Below are positions 42,001 through 57,000 of a DNA stretch of 64,000 nucleotides, piece by piece. Positions within the stretch are counted from its first letter, which is position 1; each line of letters begins with the position of its first letter. The notes below the pieces were generated by a model. The model was not told where the DNA came from and did not search any database. It was given only the letters and a program-made list of their open reading frames with translations. Source of the DNA: an uncultured Planctomycetales bacterium (GTDB lineage Bacteria > Omnitrophota > Gorgyraeia > Zapsychrales > JAHFFX01); the NCBI GenBank assembly GCA_964612665.1, contig CAZTCI010000001.1:636896-700895 (forward strand). Direction: 5' to 3'. Made by a program: the position numbers and the translations under genes.

Positions 42001-45000
42001 TGACGCGTAATTCAGGAATGGAAATTGTTCGCGGTGGTTGGCCGGGCACTGTTGGGACTCTCTGTTCCCAGAAATTAACCATCGCAGCGAGCCGACGCGC
42101 CTCAGATAAATCAATCAGCCCCCGATCAACCAATTCTCTAGCCATGTCAAAGGCACTGCTCGTGGTTATCTTTTCGTCGGAGTTTCTAACAATTGACCTT
42201 CCCGTCAAAGCGGAAAGTTCATCAGCAACTTCGTTGGGAGAATGCTGGATCCCTAAAGTAATGTTCAAAATCGCGCGGCCGTTTTCATCTAAAGTTTTGC
42301 CTTCAACCGTGTAATAATTACGCAGGATTTCTTTTTGTTCGTGCGTTAATCCAGGATTAAATTCCTGCGGGAAATATTTATCAAGTTCTCTGTCGGTCGC
42401 GCTCACAATATCGCTAGCCGGTGTGGCGGCCCATTGCATAAACGGTGACTGCGCGTAATAAGACGTAATTGTCGACGGAAGAATTTCCTCACCCAAGGCC
42501 TTGGCCACCGCCAAAATTTGACGGTGCGCGAATTCTCTCTCCGCGAAGTAAGGACTTCTGGCAACTTCAAGGAAGTGATTCAAGTTTTCCAGCGTCGGTT
42601 CAATGGTTTCAAATTGAGTTTGTTCTTCAATCATCTGCTTTTGAGCAAAATCGAGAAGCGCTTGAACACGGGCCAAAGTCTCGGGACTCATGTTGTTGGC
42701 CTTGCCGCGGTCACGCAGTGTGCGCCACATCGCGATTGTTCCTTGCCAATTTTGCTGAGAAGCTTTTTTGACCCACTCAAGACCGGTCGACGCGGTTTTC
42801 TCAGATTCCTGTGTATCGCCATAAAAACCGTTACGCTGTTCGACCATCACTTGACGGACCATTTCTTTGTCTTGGTCCGTTGTTGTATCAAACAGTTCCT
42901 GGATATCTGATCCTTGACGAGAATTTAATAAAATCTGACGGATGGTGTGCTGGTTGGAACTGGAACGCTGCACGAGTTGCAGGTAATCCGTGACCAGTTC
43001 AAGCTGGTCGAGCGGATTGACGGCTTGTCCTTCTTTCGATTGGCGCTCTAATTCGATTGCTCTTTCTGCTAGACCTACAATTTCTTCGTCCTGGCTGTAA
43101 CTCAAAAGCATACGGCTGTCGTTATTAATATGTTTGAGCAGTTGATCGAGGGACGGTTTGTCAGACAAGATAAATTTGGCACCGGCGGTCGATCTATTTT
43201 CGATGCGCCAGTTGCGGTTGACCGCATGTGTTAAATCAGCCGTCGGCCAGTTCTGGGCGTTAACGACGATGACATCAAAATTTCCTTCTGGACTGAGTTC
43301 CTTGGCAAATTCGGATGAGGCAATGACAACTAGTTTTTCGGTGCCAACGTTCTTAATAATACTTTTGTCAGGAGTCGATCCGTCGACCAAAACCACTCGG
43401 ACACCGCTGTCTTTAAACTTGGCGGCTAACTCTTCATAGGTCTTTTTGCGCAAATTGGTTTCGGCCACAAAAATCAAACTGCCGATGCCTCCGTCTTTAA
43501 CACCGTCAGTATTCTTAAATGGTAAAGCCCGCGCCTGCTCGATTAATGTTGTCAGCTGTTCAGTAAGATCGGGTCTCTGTTCAACATGCTGTACGAATTT
43601 GCTTACGGATTTCAATTGATCTTTAGTTAAGTCCTGTTTTCCTTCTTCCCGCAACTGCCTATACAAATCTTCATATGTTTTTTCGTCTCCCATCAACCTA
43701 GCTTGCTTAAATACATTACTTTCCTCGCCCACGTCTTTAACATCAATGGCCCCAGTCTTGGCCAACATGATGGCCCTGGCGCCGGCCTTATTGGCCGTGG
43801 CCCCGATAACCGCTCCGCGTCCGCCGAACATTTCTTGCAGCGGATTTTCCCGAACAGTGTCGCCGGAGACGGTCATGTTATCAAGTTTTAACTGATCTTC
43901 CTCCGCTTTACCCTGGTTATACATCTTCGTCGCCGCGACTTTGAGCGCGACGTTACTGAACAAAAGATCGGATTGCAAACGGCCGGCGCGATCCGTTAAA
44001 ACCAGTTCTCCTTTTTTCTTATCAACATCCAACCGCAAGCCTAACGGTTCAACAATCCCGCGGATCACATTGTGGACCAAGGCCCTTGGATAATCTTCAA
44101 AGTCCTTATTCACCAAATCTGATACAAGCAAATCTTGATGCTGGCCGGGTAAAGAATTCGCCGCCATCGGCGCTAACCAAACAATGCGCTCCGTTGATTT
44201 ACGTTTTTCATATTCTTCCCGGTCTTGAGTAAATGCAATTGGCAGGGTTTCATCGTCGGAAGCTTCTTCTTTTTTGCCAATGATTCTTATTTTCTTGTAA
44301 AGTTTTTCAGCTGACTTACGAATCTGTTTGACCACCGGATTGTTCTTAAGCGCTGTGCCTTCTGACTGAATAAATGTTGTTTCCAATAAGAGAAGATCGT
44401 CGGCTTCATCGAGAATCGTGACACCATCATTTTTAATTTTCTCAAGGCCTTCTAAAATCCGTGGATTATAGAAGAAGCGGTTGGGCATGTGACCGCGGTT
44501 GTTAAGAGAAATAACAACGAGCGTTTTGGGATTGTTCAAAGCGTCGGCGATTTTTTCTTCAATTTCTTGACGCTGTTTCTCCATTAAGGCTGGATTGGTA
44601 TTAAAATCGCGTAGTATCTTATCGTGCTTGCCAATCAACTCATCTAAATCGACAATCTCAAATTCTTTGTTAATGGCTGCTGCCATTGTTGGATAACTTA
44701 CATCAAGTCCAGGCGGCGCGTCGGGGCTGGTATATTTTTTAGAATCCTCAGGACTGCGGGTGATTATGGTTGCATGCTGGTCTCGTTTCATAAAGGCGAA
44801 GGCGGCCATGGCTTCGGCTAAAGTTTTTCCAGCGGCGTTAGGGGCGACAGCGATATTCAGATTGGTTAAGGCTTGAGTGATTTCAATTTGCTTCTCAAAT
44901 AGATCTTGGTCAATGCTTTTGCGATTAAGCTCAAAGATTATTTTGGAAATAGTTTTATCAAACTCGAATGGCTGACGGACAGGGGGCTGCAGGCTTTTCC

Positions 45001-48000
45001 CTATATTGATCGCATTCAATGCATCGAAAAGCGTCTCAGCCGGGTTAACCAGTACAGCGGCGTCAGCATCGTCAGTGCGCGGAGGCAGTTGTTTAGAGGC
45101 AGGTCTTGCAGGAACAAGTTTACGTTCGCTCGACAGCCTCGACGGTGGGGCGCGAGCTTCTTGTAACGTTCTTACCGGTGTTGAAATCGGCACGGCCGTT
45201 TCGCGTACATTGTTTGTTTCTTCATTTTGCGGTGATTGCGATTGAGTCCGATTCTCAACAAACTTTTCCAAACTGAATTTATCTTTAAGCTCTTTAGCCT
45301 GGCTGCTTTCTAAAGAACCAGCCAATTTGATCAACGTCTGGCGATTCTTTGCATCTTGAACCATCGCCGGTGTTACAAAAGTCATGGCAAATTGAAATGC
45401 CTGTTGACGCGAACCTTTTTCTAATATTTCCGCAATATCTATTTCTTCGACGGGTCTGCTGCTGACCTCGAAAGCAGCACCGGGGATCACGGGAGAACTT
45501 GGAACACCAACGGCAGATGTTTTTGATGGCTCTTCGGTTTCTTCTTTGGTCGTCTTATTCTTTCCTACGCCAAGCAGACTCAGGAAGAAGCCAAATAAGG
45601 AAGCGTCTTTACTTGTTGACTCTTTCTGATGTTTGGCCACTACATTGGGCTGTAACGCCAGCGACGATAATTCCCGGGCAGACATCTTGACAACTTCAGG
45701 ACGGACGGAAACAAATGTTTTACCTTCAGCCTCGAATTGATGCACTTGAATCGGTCCAGTTTGCTGTGGATTCACCACAATCGCATTGATCGAATGACTT
45801 ACCGATTGAATTTCTGGACGATCCTGCAAAGCGCTCATCAGAGTTGTGGCTTCTTCAGATGAAAATTCTTTAGAATTATATTGAACCATCTTTAATTCCG
45901 ACGACGAAGTGGTTACAGGAACCTCTTTAATGTCCGACGCTTGGGCCACCTCAACATCGGAAGTTGATGAAGTCATAAATCCATGCGCTATCAGATATTC
46001 GTCAAACGAAAGTGACGATTGATCTTGAGGAATCTCTTCATGTTTTTCACCTAAGAATTGAAAAGCTTTAGCCATTCCAACCGCACCTGCAGTCTTTAGT
46101 AAATCTGTCCAAGATTGGTCTTTATTCTTAAGCTCTTCCTTGGCGACACCGATTATACCCAATGAATCTTTCACTGTTGATTCTCCCGTCGCCGCTGCCC
46201 GCAATAATCTAGGATTAAGAACAAGGATTCTCTTTGAATCACCGCTCACCAACACAATACGGGCGTCTTTATCTTGGGCGATCTCGCCGCTAAACACCAC
46301 AGCATCAAAATGTTTCCCATCACCCATCCGGCTCACCAACTCCCCGTATAAATCATCGTTCATTTGAATTGGAACAAAAACTTTATGGTAGAGAGTTTCG
46401 TTATTTAACCGATACAAATCGAATTTATATTGCGGACGGTCTTTGTTTTCTTCAATCGCCGATGTGTTGGCATTATTAGAATTATTGGCAAACGGGCTGA
46501 AAAGCGCTTGATCAAAATTTCGGTTGTCGGTGATTTCAGCCAGGATCGGCTGTGATTGCGGCCTGGCTTCAAGATAATCCGGCGCGACATAAAGGATACT
46601 CTGCGGTCCGCTAGGTCTTTGACCTTGGCCTAAAATGACTTTTCCGTCGGGTAAACCCTTGTCCACAACGACCGCGTCGATTCCAGTTGAAATGTTTAAG
46701 CGTGAAATGTTCTCTCTTAAATGATCGGCCTGTTCCACCTCTACTGGAGAAACCGCAAAAATAGGAACCAATGGCAACTCAGCTTGATTAGATTTCGAGA
46801 TATCGATCGCGGAACGTAAAACAGGTTTTTGATCAGTGGTCATAATCGGAGAACGGCTTGTATCTTCGATAAGAAAAGCTGAATCTTTTTGATCAATAGC
46901 TGCGGCCGTACGTTCAGCCGGTTTTTCTTTTCTTAACGCAGGGTTCTTGTCTACAACGTTAAAGACAATTCCCCCATTGTGGTCGATATTTTGGACCGTT
47001 AAGGTTGCGCCGGCTTGTTGAGCCAAGTCAACGACCTTTTGAGCAAACTCTTCGGCTTTGGTCCCATTCTTCGAAATCGTATCATAGCGGACATACATCA
47101 ATCCGCCGGGTCGCACGACGCGGACAAACTCATTGAAACTATCGATGACTTTGGCAGTCCCGCCTTGGTCACTGATCCACTTAAACAAATCAATCACTGA
47201 AAGCTTATTGACGGAGTTGTCAGCCAAAGGAATCTTGGCGGCGTCAGCATTTAGTAATTCAACATTCTTAAAACTATTTGCGTTTTCTTCGTTGGAACCA
47301 GACGATGGATTTTGTTGATTGACGATTTCAGAGACCGGCCGGTTGAGGAGTTTGCTTACATCAAAGTTTGTTTTTTGAGACAATTGGGCGATGATTTTTT
47401 CTTTTTGGTCTGCCGGCGCTTGAGCGACTGTTTTTAGAATCTCCCGCACAAGCGGTAGATTTAAACTCGATTTATCCAAATAGATTGTTTTCGCACCTTT
47501 GACGGCAGAAACAGCTGTATACGAACCAGGACCTCCGCCGACATCTAAATAAGTATCTTCCGGTCCAACATTTAACGCGTCAGCTCCCAATACCTCTTCC
47601 GCTGGAATGGTGCGTGAAAGTCTCAACTGATCAACACCGTTTGATGTAGCGCGGTTAATCTGACGTGGGCTCGTTTCTGAAATCGCTGAAGTTTGATCCT
47701 CAGAATTTATTAACTCGGCAAAGTCAACATCTTGACGCGGTTTCTCACCCACCACCATTCCCAAAATCTGCCCGCCGATGATTTTCTCGGCGGATTTTTC
47801 TTTCTTGGATAAAACGGGCAAGCTCGGCAGCGCTTTGGTATCGAAAGGCTCGGCTTCTTGCAACATTTTTTCATACGGAATTTGGCCGTTGTTCATAACT
47901 TGATGCATCTTAATTTCATCTTTAACATCTTCGGCTTTTTGGTCCGCGCGTCCACCGAGAACACTGAAATCCATATTCTTAACATCTTTGTTGTTTAACT

Positions 48001-51000
48001 TATTCATATCCATTTCAAAAGCGCCCACGGAGAACATCGGCGAGGATGTTCCTTTCCAAACCAGACCGCCATTTTGCGTGTCGCGTGTGATCTGGCCTTG
48101 GGCGTTTAGCTCACGGTATTTATCGGCATCGATTTTAAGAATCGGCAAACCAGAAACTTTAAATGCATTGTTTCTTTCATCAGATGGCTTGACTTCGACT
48201 GGAACACTGGATTTTTCTATAGGACGGTTCATTTCATCCGTGAGTGTATAATTTCCGTCGGAATTCATTTTAAGCGTCAACACTTTGTCTTTATTTCCTT
48301 CTGACTGGAGCAATTGCACAATGTGAGTTTCCTGCGGATTAGCAGTATCTTTAAATTGAACAGTTTTCTCAGGTGTTGTGATTGCGTAATTGACCTTGGT
48401 TGTTGGCGGCGTTGGAGCGTCTTTAAAACTGGTTTCCATCTGGGTTTTGAAAGTCTTGGGAAGCAGATCGCGGATAGCGCTGATTCTCTCGTCGGTATTG
48501 GCGACATGCGCGGTTTGCTTTAAAGCGTCGTTGATAGCCAAAAGCTGGGTGTCCACAATCCGTGTTCCAGACTCATTGCCAAGCTGATTGGACGTTGCAC
48601 CGATATTGTTGCCGTCAACACGCAGGACAACAAGTTTCTTCGTATCCGCATTCCAGAGAAGCGCGCCATACTCGTCGGATTCTTTGCCCATACGAAAGAC
48701 CACATCAAAACTTTTGGCTGGCTGAGTATGGACAACATGATTCATTAAACGATCAAAATGTTCGCGTCCGACAAAGACATTTTCCTGAGCAGATAAATTT
48801 GGAGTTTGATAACGGGTCGTGCGTTCAATGATTTTTCCTAAAGCATTCTGCATCCCCACCACATCTTGCTGCCGTTTCGCTTTGGCATAGTCTTTATGCA
48901 ACTCTGTAAGCGATTGACCAGGGACCATCTGAGATCTTAATTCCGAAATGGGTATAAATTCACTCTTAATGGAAGGTTCGTTCGAGAGAAAGTCAATCGC
49001 GGGTCCCTTCATGTCGCTGAATTTTGTAACACCACTTTGAGCCGTCGTTTTGGCTTCTCCAATGGCTGAAACACTTCCTTTACCTTGAGTGCGCGGTATT
49101 TCTACGGGGATATTTTCTTTAGCTATGATAGTGGCAGCCGTCAACGCAGATTGCAGCCTTGGTTCAAAAGCTAACTGCGTATACTTTGCCCCTTGAAACG
49201 CTTGTTTATCAAGATCATTGGCCAATCGAACCGCTGATTCTTCATCTGCTGGTGTGGCGTCCGCTTTTTTGGAGAGTCCAATATAAACATTGAAATTTTG
49301 CGAATTGAAATCAGCCAGCTTTTCCGGAACAGCCGAACGTACTTTGAGCTCATTGACCACACTCTTGCGGAAATCTGAATTGTCCGCGGCGATATTTTTA
49401 AGCGCCGCGGTCAATTGTTTTTCATCCTCAACATTGCTGAATATCATCTGGAACGACGGGCCGGCGTTATAAACTTGATACTTGATATCTGTGCCTTTCA
49501 ATTGTTCGTTAAGGGCCTGCGGTAATTTTTCGGCGACAACTTTAATCGCTTCATCACCGAATTGATGTCCCAAGCCCATATCTTGGCCGCGGGTGTTAAA
49601 TTGGTTCTTAAAATCTTGTATCTTAACGGCGCCGACAACAATATTGTTTTCCTTGGGATTACTGAGCTTTGACACCAATTCATCAGCATATTGTTCGCGG
49701 TTGGGCAGACCGTTTGAAAAACTGGTGATTTCCTTAATCGCGTTGATCGACGGAAACTTGATAAGCTCGGCGCGGTCGATGGATTCTAATTCAGGAGAAC
49801 GAACGTTCACAGGTATGGAAAATACCTCCCCAACCCCGGGGGTTGGGACGGTATTCGCCGCTGCTAACGCGCGGTCAAAATCTTTATGTGCTTGAACAGC
49901 TTTAGTTAAACCAACAGTGATCTCCGGCGCTAAATTGGCCGGCTGTTTGACCGTTGAAACTTCGCTAGCACGGTTCAGATCTGTGACAAAATTCCTGACC
50001 GTATTATTAATCATGAGCACTTGCGGGCTGCCCGGCTCTTTATTCAACGTCACAATTTTCATCGGCTCTGACATGTCATGATTGACAACGACTTGGTTAA
50101 CGCCGCCCACGTGCGGCGCTACAGCGGCCAACACCGCTTCGGCATCATTACGGGTCAAATCTTGTGGATTAAACTTAAATGGTTCACCAAAATAATTTGT
50201 CAGGCGGGTTTCTTGAACAGAGGACGGACGTTCTTGAAGCTCTTGCTGCCGATCATAATTTTCAATATCAACTTGGCGCAGCGGAGTACTCGGGTAGTTA
50301 GATAAATCTTTAAGCGAGGAAAGTTGTTCTTCATTTAAAACCAATGTGTGTGCGCTGCCTTCTTGAACAATGGTCGGCGCGATGGCTCTATCCGGCGGGC
50401 CGCGCACAGGAAGAACTCTAACATGGTCAACTGTAATGCCGCGATCGTTTAATTGACGGACTGTTTCAACCGGAACGCGTTGATCAAATGTAACCGCGCG
50501 GCCATTTACATCCGCTGTCATCATCAAAGGCGCTTGCCCCTTCCCTAATAATGCATTTTGATCGCCCTGAGTCAGTTCCTGTGTCCAAACTGGAACCTTC
50601 ATCTTGGTTCCGGTCAAAGATTCAGCTACTGTTGAAATTGGAACGAGCGGTTCTTCAACCGTTATACTTTCTGAACGGCCTGTGGCTTGTTGAATCACAC
50701 GCGGTCTTTCAACGATTGTAAAGTTGTGGACTACATCGCGCGTTGCTTCATGGTCGGCCAAGGTATTGGCATGCATAATAAGTTCAACATTCTTTTCTGG
50801 AACTTCTTGTGGTTCAATCGGTTTAAGTCCTGATGAATTCAAAAGGAAAAATTTATTTTCGTTATCCTGATTTTGGGCTAAATTCGCGGCGGAAGTGCTT
50901 TTAATTTCATTAACAGCAGCATTGTTCACCAAACTAAATTGCTGTTCAATACCTTTAGCAACGGCCGGCGGAACAACTAAAACAATCTGCTTGCGATCTT

Positions 51001-54000
51001 CTGCGGCCTGCGCATTATTATCTTCAACTATTTGTTGGATTCGTGTCACAAAATCCTTATCTGAAACCACATGTCCGGTCAACCCGCGGCTAATACCTAG
51101 AGCCGCTGGCCGCTGTGACCAGGAAACAATAGGACGCTGGGAAAAAACCTCCCGGGTAGTTCGCAAAGAAATCCCCACATTGTTCTCATTCACGCCAGTC
51201 ATTTCTCTTATAGCTGATAGGCCCTGCTTTTCCGACGGAATAAGGACCCCACGGTCAGTTCCCAATGAAAGGCTCGGCTTGTTCATGCTAACAGGTGTGG
51301 TCGCTGATTCGGATGTCGGTTTTGGTTCTCGCGTTGCTTGGTCCATCAACTCCTTTACAGCGCCGGCATATTTCAAAAGCGGTTCCTTGACCTCTGCGGT
51401 TTCTTTATCGAATTTTTCAACGTCTTGTAAGTCGTTGGCTATTTGTTCCAATGATTCCATCACCCGTTCAGGACGATAATAATAGGTTTGACCAATATTG
51501 AATTCTTTATTCTGAATATGCTCTATTTTACGAATTCCCATTGTCTTCACAGCTTCTGTATTCATAATGCGGTCAATGATCTTGTGATTACCAGCATACA
51601 AATAATAACCGGGCTTTTTAACGTCCAATAAGAATGCGACAAACGTCGGATCTTTCTCCTTTAAGTATTTGACCGCTTCGTCGTCATTATTTTTCTTCAA
51701 TTCTTTGATTAATCCTGAGAAGGCATCAGCTCGAACGGGCGCGATGACTTTAAAGGTTGGCAGTTCTTTGCTTCCTTCAACGGATTTGATAATGACCTTG
51801 GCTTCATCAAAAGCCGCGCCCCAGGTATTCACCAATGCTTGAGTTTTGGAAACAACCCCTTTGGCCACTGGTCTAGCCAACACCTCTGGGGTTCCGCTTG
51901 CATCATGCCAACTACTCAATTGGTGCCATGGGTATATTAAAGAGTTTTCATCTATCGCGCTTCGAATGGAGGTCTTCCTTAGCCATTCAGCCTCCGCCAA
52001 AGGATAACCCAAGACGACAGCGCCCAAGAACGTACTCTTGTTTGCAGATGTCAATTCTTTGTCGTCTACTCCCTTAAGAATAAGCTCGTCTAACTGGGTC
52101 AAAAATCTTTCCTGCTTAACTTGCGGTAACCGCGCGTAACGTTCACCCCTTGAGCTGGTCGCCGTCGGGACTTCTGGCTTTTCTTGAATTCCATTCAGGC
52201 GGGCACTCAAATCATTTGAATGCAATAACGGCACGAGTTCCGACATAAACGCCAAATGCGTGTCAGTTCGCGCCTCAGCACGCGGGCCCTTGATGGCTTC
52301 GGCGTTTACTTCATCAAAGAAGGTTGGCACATGATATTCTTTTTTATCAAAAAATCCGCCTTTAATATGTTCCGGCATAGGAAGCTCGCTTGACTTCCAA
52401 TCCATCTGCAGACTGTGTTCCAGTAGATCAGTGTAAACCGGCCGCAGTCCTGCTTGGTCTATGCGGGAAAGCATCGTCGAGAATAAAGCTTCTTTATATT
52501 GTTCTTTTTCTTTAGTGCCAAATTCTTTGAAAGGAATTTCCTCGCTATTCTTCACTACATAAGGAATAGATTGCGCCGCTGCCCCAGCTTGAAAAGCTGT
52601 GTCCGGATAAATAAACGGTGAAGAAGCCGCCTCGATGACCCAGCTTGTAAAATCACGCAACGTCACGACATCACCATTTTTGTTTTGCAAAACCGGCTGT
52701 TCTCTTTCCTGCGGCGAGGCGTCTCGATAATATGACAACAACTTGACCGTGGCTTCAATAGCCAACCGTGTATCTACAAAATGATCATCATTCATCGTAT
52801 CTTTGAACGTATGCGGTCCATGATAATTAATATCGCGAATGATTGAATACAAGTAGGCGCCATAGTTCTTAACCTGTCCCGGAAATCTTTCTAATTCTTG
52901 AACATCTTTTTCTAATTGCGGCGCTTCGAAGGGTTTTAGGCTCTTTTCTATAAAAGTAGTAACCGGTGCGCTAACAATATATTCACCGATATTTCGAGAA
53001 ATATCTGATCTGGGTTGAGCCATAGCGTTTATGCCGTTGGAGGCAATGCTTGCGGGATTTGAAGACATAGCATTTATCGATTGAGATCGAAAAGTTGGGA
53101 TATATTTTTTGTAATTATCAATTGTGCTGGAGGCTGCTTGGGAAGAATTGATCGGTGATCGATCAGTTCCCGTTTTCACAAGTTCGGCAAAGTCAAGTCT
53201 TGACGACTGGTCAGCTTCTTTGTCGAGTTTGAAATTCCTTGTCTCGCGGGTGGGCGTTTGCACTAAATTATTTTTTACCGGATGAAATACATCTTCAAAA
53301 ACAAAACGCACGCTTGTGCCTGTGGCTGGTTGCTGTGTTTGACCATTTTGATTCTCTTGACGAGAAATTCTTCCATTCTCAAAATTGAAATTGAGTGAAC
53401 GACCCGCGGGTTCTTCGGCACTTTTCGTATTAATTTCCAGATGGCCTTTCAGACCCGCAAAGCGCTGACCATATTCAAAAAGTCCACGGTCCATACCACC
53501 GATACGTGCACCATATTGTTCACTCTTACTGGTTGTTTCGTTTTCTACAAGATTATTCCATACGCGATTAGAAATACCTTTTCCATTATCAGTAACTTCA
53601 ATCACTAAAGCATTGCCTTGTTGATACACCGAGGTATCAAGCTTTCCTTTAAACTCATGGCCGTTGGTCTTTGCGGCAGCGCCGGCGATTGTGTCAATCG
53701 CATTACCATAAAGCTCATCCAAGCTGACTTCAACCGGTTGTTCTCTAGCGGCTACCTTTACTTTCATTAAATCATTTGCTGGCAATCCAGATGAGCTTTT
53801 CTCCGGAAAAGAAATGACTCCTGTCTCATGGATCGCTCGATTATTATTCAATTGATTTCTTAATTGTTCTGATAATTGTTCAGCGGTTTTATTCTTTAAT
53901 TCCGTTAAGCTGCTCTCGTCAATTTTGGCCGGCAGTTGAACGTAGCTCACGGCTTTTAGTTCTAAAGGAGAAATGGCGCGCGCGGTAGTGTAATCCGAAC

Positions 54001-57000
54001 TGATCGACGATTTTTCATTTCCATCTTTCACCAGCTCCGCGCGGTCGATTACTCCCTCCTCAACATCGGGAGTTGAGGTGGCATTTGCTTTTACAATGTA
54101 TGTTCCCTCTTGTTGGTTATAGTCAACATCTAACCGCGGGTCCTGTTTTAAAGCTTCATACATCCGGGTTGCCTCTTGCGAACGATCAGCCGATGATTTC
54201 CATTCTTTAACTTCACCGCTTGAAACCAAAAAGGCCACAGCCTTTCTCATATATCCCTGATCTTTTTCAAAGGTTGCCGTAACAGGTTCAAAAATCTTTT
54301 GGTTTTCACCCAGGGCCTCTGCTTCGGCAACAACTTTAAATTCTCCGTTATCTAAAGGACGCATCACAAGCATAGTTGGCTTAGCAGGATCACCTTTTTC
54401 TGAAACAAAGACAACATGTAAATTAGTATCCGTATCCACAACATGTTTAATAATCTCTGGAGAAGTAACATGTTTATATAAAAAGGGCGAATATGACTGC
54501 GGTTTATCAATATCCGCCTGCGCAATAGGACGCATCATGTCTTGTATTTCTTTGATCTCATTTATAATGGTAGGGATAGACTCGGCCAAAACTTTGTCAT
54601 TTTGAGCAACGGTGTGCGCCTCTTTCAATATCGCCAAGGCCTCCGCTAAATTTCCATTTCCTCTTAGAGCATCAGCGTGCGTAAGTTTTTCTTTGAACTC
54701 ATTGGAACTGATCGACGATTTTTCATCTTCATCTTTCACCAGCTCCGCGCGGTCGGATGATAAAGAAGAATCCGCTTTGCGGTCCAAAAATCTAGCCAAA
54801 ACTTGAGTGGCTTTGCCTTCATCTATATGGTAATCGGTCTTTAATTTTTCTTTAAGCTTCTGGGCGCCTTCAATGAAATAAATCTGAACGTCGGCGGTGG
54901 CCTGTTGCTTAGAGATCCCGGCCGCTTGAGCCAGATTATCTCTGGCCGAGAAAAGCCGGTCCATATAGGCGCCGGGGTTGGAACCTTTAGTTAAACGGCT
55001 TTTTAGCTTTCCTGCGGACCGCTCGTCAGTAAAACCAAACGCCTCAACCCTGGGTTTAACTTCCGCCCAGGCGGCCGCAGGCGCATCCCAGTTTCTGGCC
55101 AAATTCTTTATGTCCGTCGGGGAAAAATTTTGTTCTAAAAACGCCTTAGCTGTATCGACGGGCAATAACGCGCCAAACACCAAATCATCGACGTCTTTGT
55201 CAGCTGTAAAGATCCTTTCTCCCTTGGTGTTCGTTAAATTTTTATAAGCTTGGTGTTCGGCCAATAAAGCTTTGCCCATTGTTTGAATGGCTTTATCGTC
55301 GATCGTTCCGTTATTCAAAGAGGCCGCTATCTTTTCATTAACCAAAACTTTTCTTTCTTCTAACCCAGCTGGACTCATCGCTGCTAAACCTTTAATAAGT
55401 TTCCTTTGAATTGTTTCATCTAAACCTAATTGTTGTCCTAACTGTTGTCTCAAATTTAGTAAATATTTATCCGCTGTAAATTGTTTTCCGGATTGACGAG
55501 CGATATATCCTGCTGGTAAAGTTAAACTTTTTTCTGGAACACTCATGGTGATTTCATTATTACCCTTCTCCGGAAGGATTCGAATCCTATAAAACCGGTC
55601 CCCTTCGTTTGAAAGTCTGTCGTCTAGCCCGACAAGAGTTCCTGGCCTTCCTTCATACAGAACAGCACTTCCGGCTGGGACAATGCGTTCTTCACCACTC
55701 TCCTGCTTAACAATGAATTCTTGTTGTTGAGGAGCGCGGTAAGTTTCTCGCCCGCCCATGGTATTTCCATTTTCAAAGCTGTCATTATATTTTTTTTCGG
55801 GCTGATTAAAGTTTTCTGGTCTCCACTTTTCGGCCAAACTGCCAGGGGTCGGTGTGGCCACCTCAACTTCTGATGTCGAGGTAGATTTCAGATTGCTTTC
55901 TCCAAGACGACTGTTAAATTCTTCGAACGCCTTACGTGCCTCATCCCCGCCTTCTTTAGCCAGGGTCATTTGTGCAGGGGTGAGTTTGGTTGCGAATTGA
56001 TAGGCCTTGTCTAAATCCTGATCCCGTAGCCCAATCGCTATCTGTTGGTCCAATTCTTTGACGAGGAACTTTCTATTTTCTGAAAGGTATTGGTCTTCAT
56101 TCTCGCCGTCAACTCTCATGGCGGATGAATTCATCATTTTATGGAAATTGTCTTGCTCATACATTTTCTGGCTGGTACTTGTTGGCTGGGCCATCAATGT
56201 CGGCGATGGCAGGCCTTTGTCTTTCCAATTAGCTGACAACACGTCAAAGAGAACATTCACATAACCTGTCCGGGTATTTTCTTTAATAATGCCATCCCTG
56301 AGCGCTCCCCAAGTGGCCGCGTGATATTCTGGAGAATGATAATCAATTGTGGGAATTTCTTTTTCTGTTACTTTCTTTAATCCGCTTTGAATTTGTTCAT
56401 GTTTTTGAAGATTAATATCACGAAGCGTATCGTCATAAATCTGCGGGTTCATGACCTGGGTAAGAACAAATAACGCATAATCTTTTTGGGTAAAATCTGT
56501 TTTCGCGCCAGAAATTTCTCTCGGGACCAATACTTTATTTGTGCTTCTGTTCAAACCATAATCTTTGACCAAAATCGGCGCCACGTTTACTAAACTAGCA
56601 TTATCAGGGAAGATTGATTTTTGTTCACTTTGATTTTTGCTGGGCACGTCATGCGGCCCGCCCACTCGAACATGTTCCGCAATGATTTTTGCGGCCACGC
56701 GCAGCGCCTCTGGATCGTCTTTTAATGCATTGACCCGTCGGATAAGTTCATCTCCGTTTAATGTACGGATTGCTTCCTGGGCCTTTTCGAATGTCTTGCG
56801 ATCTACGATCAGCGGCTTCGTCTCACCTATTCCTAACCGTTGTTCAATGATCGATTTTTCGTCTTTCGATGTTGACGCAGTTGTAGAGAATTTTATCGAT
56901 AAGTTATCGACATGACTATTCACCAATTCCGCGCGGTCGACGATTGCTATTTTTTCTTTTGACGTATCTACTCCAAGATCTCTATAAAATTTTTCAAAAT

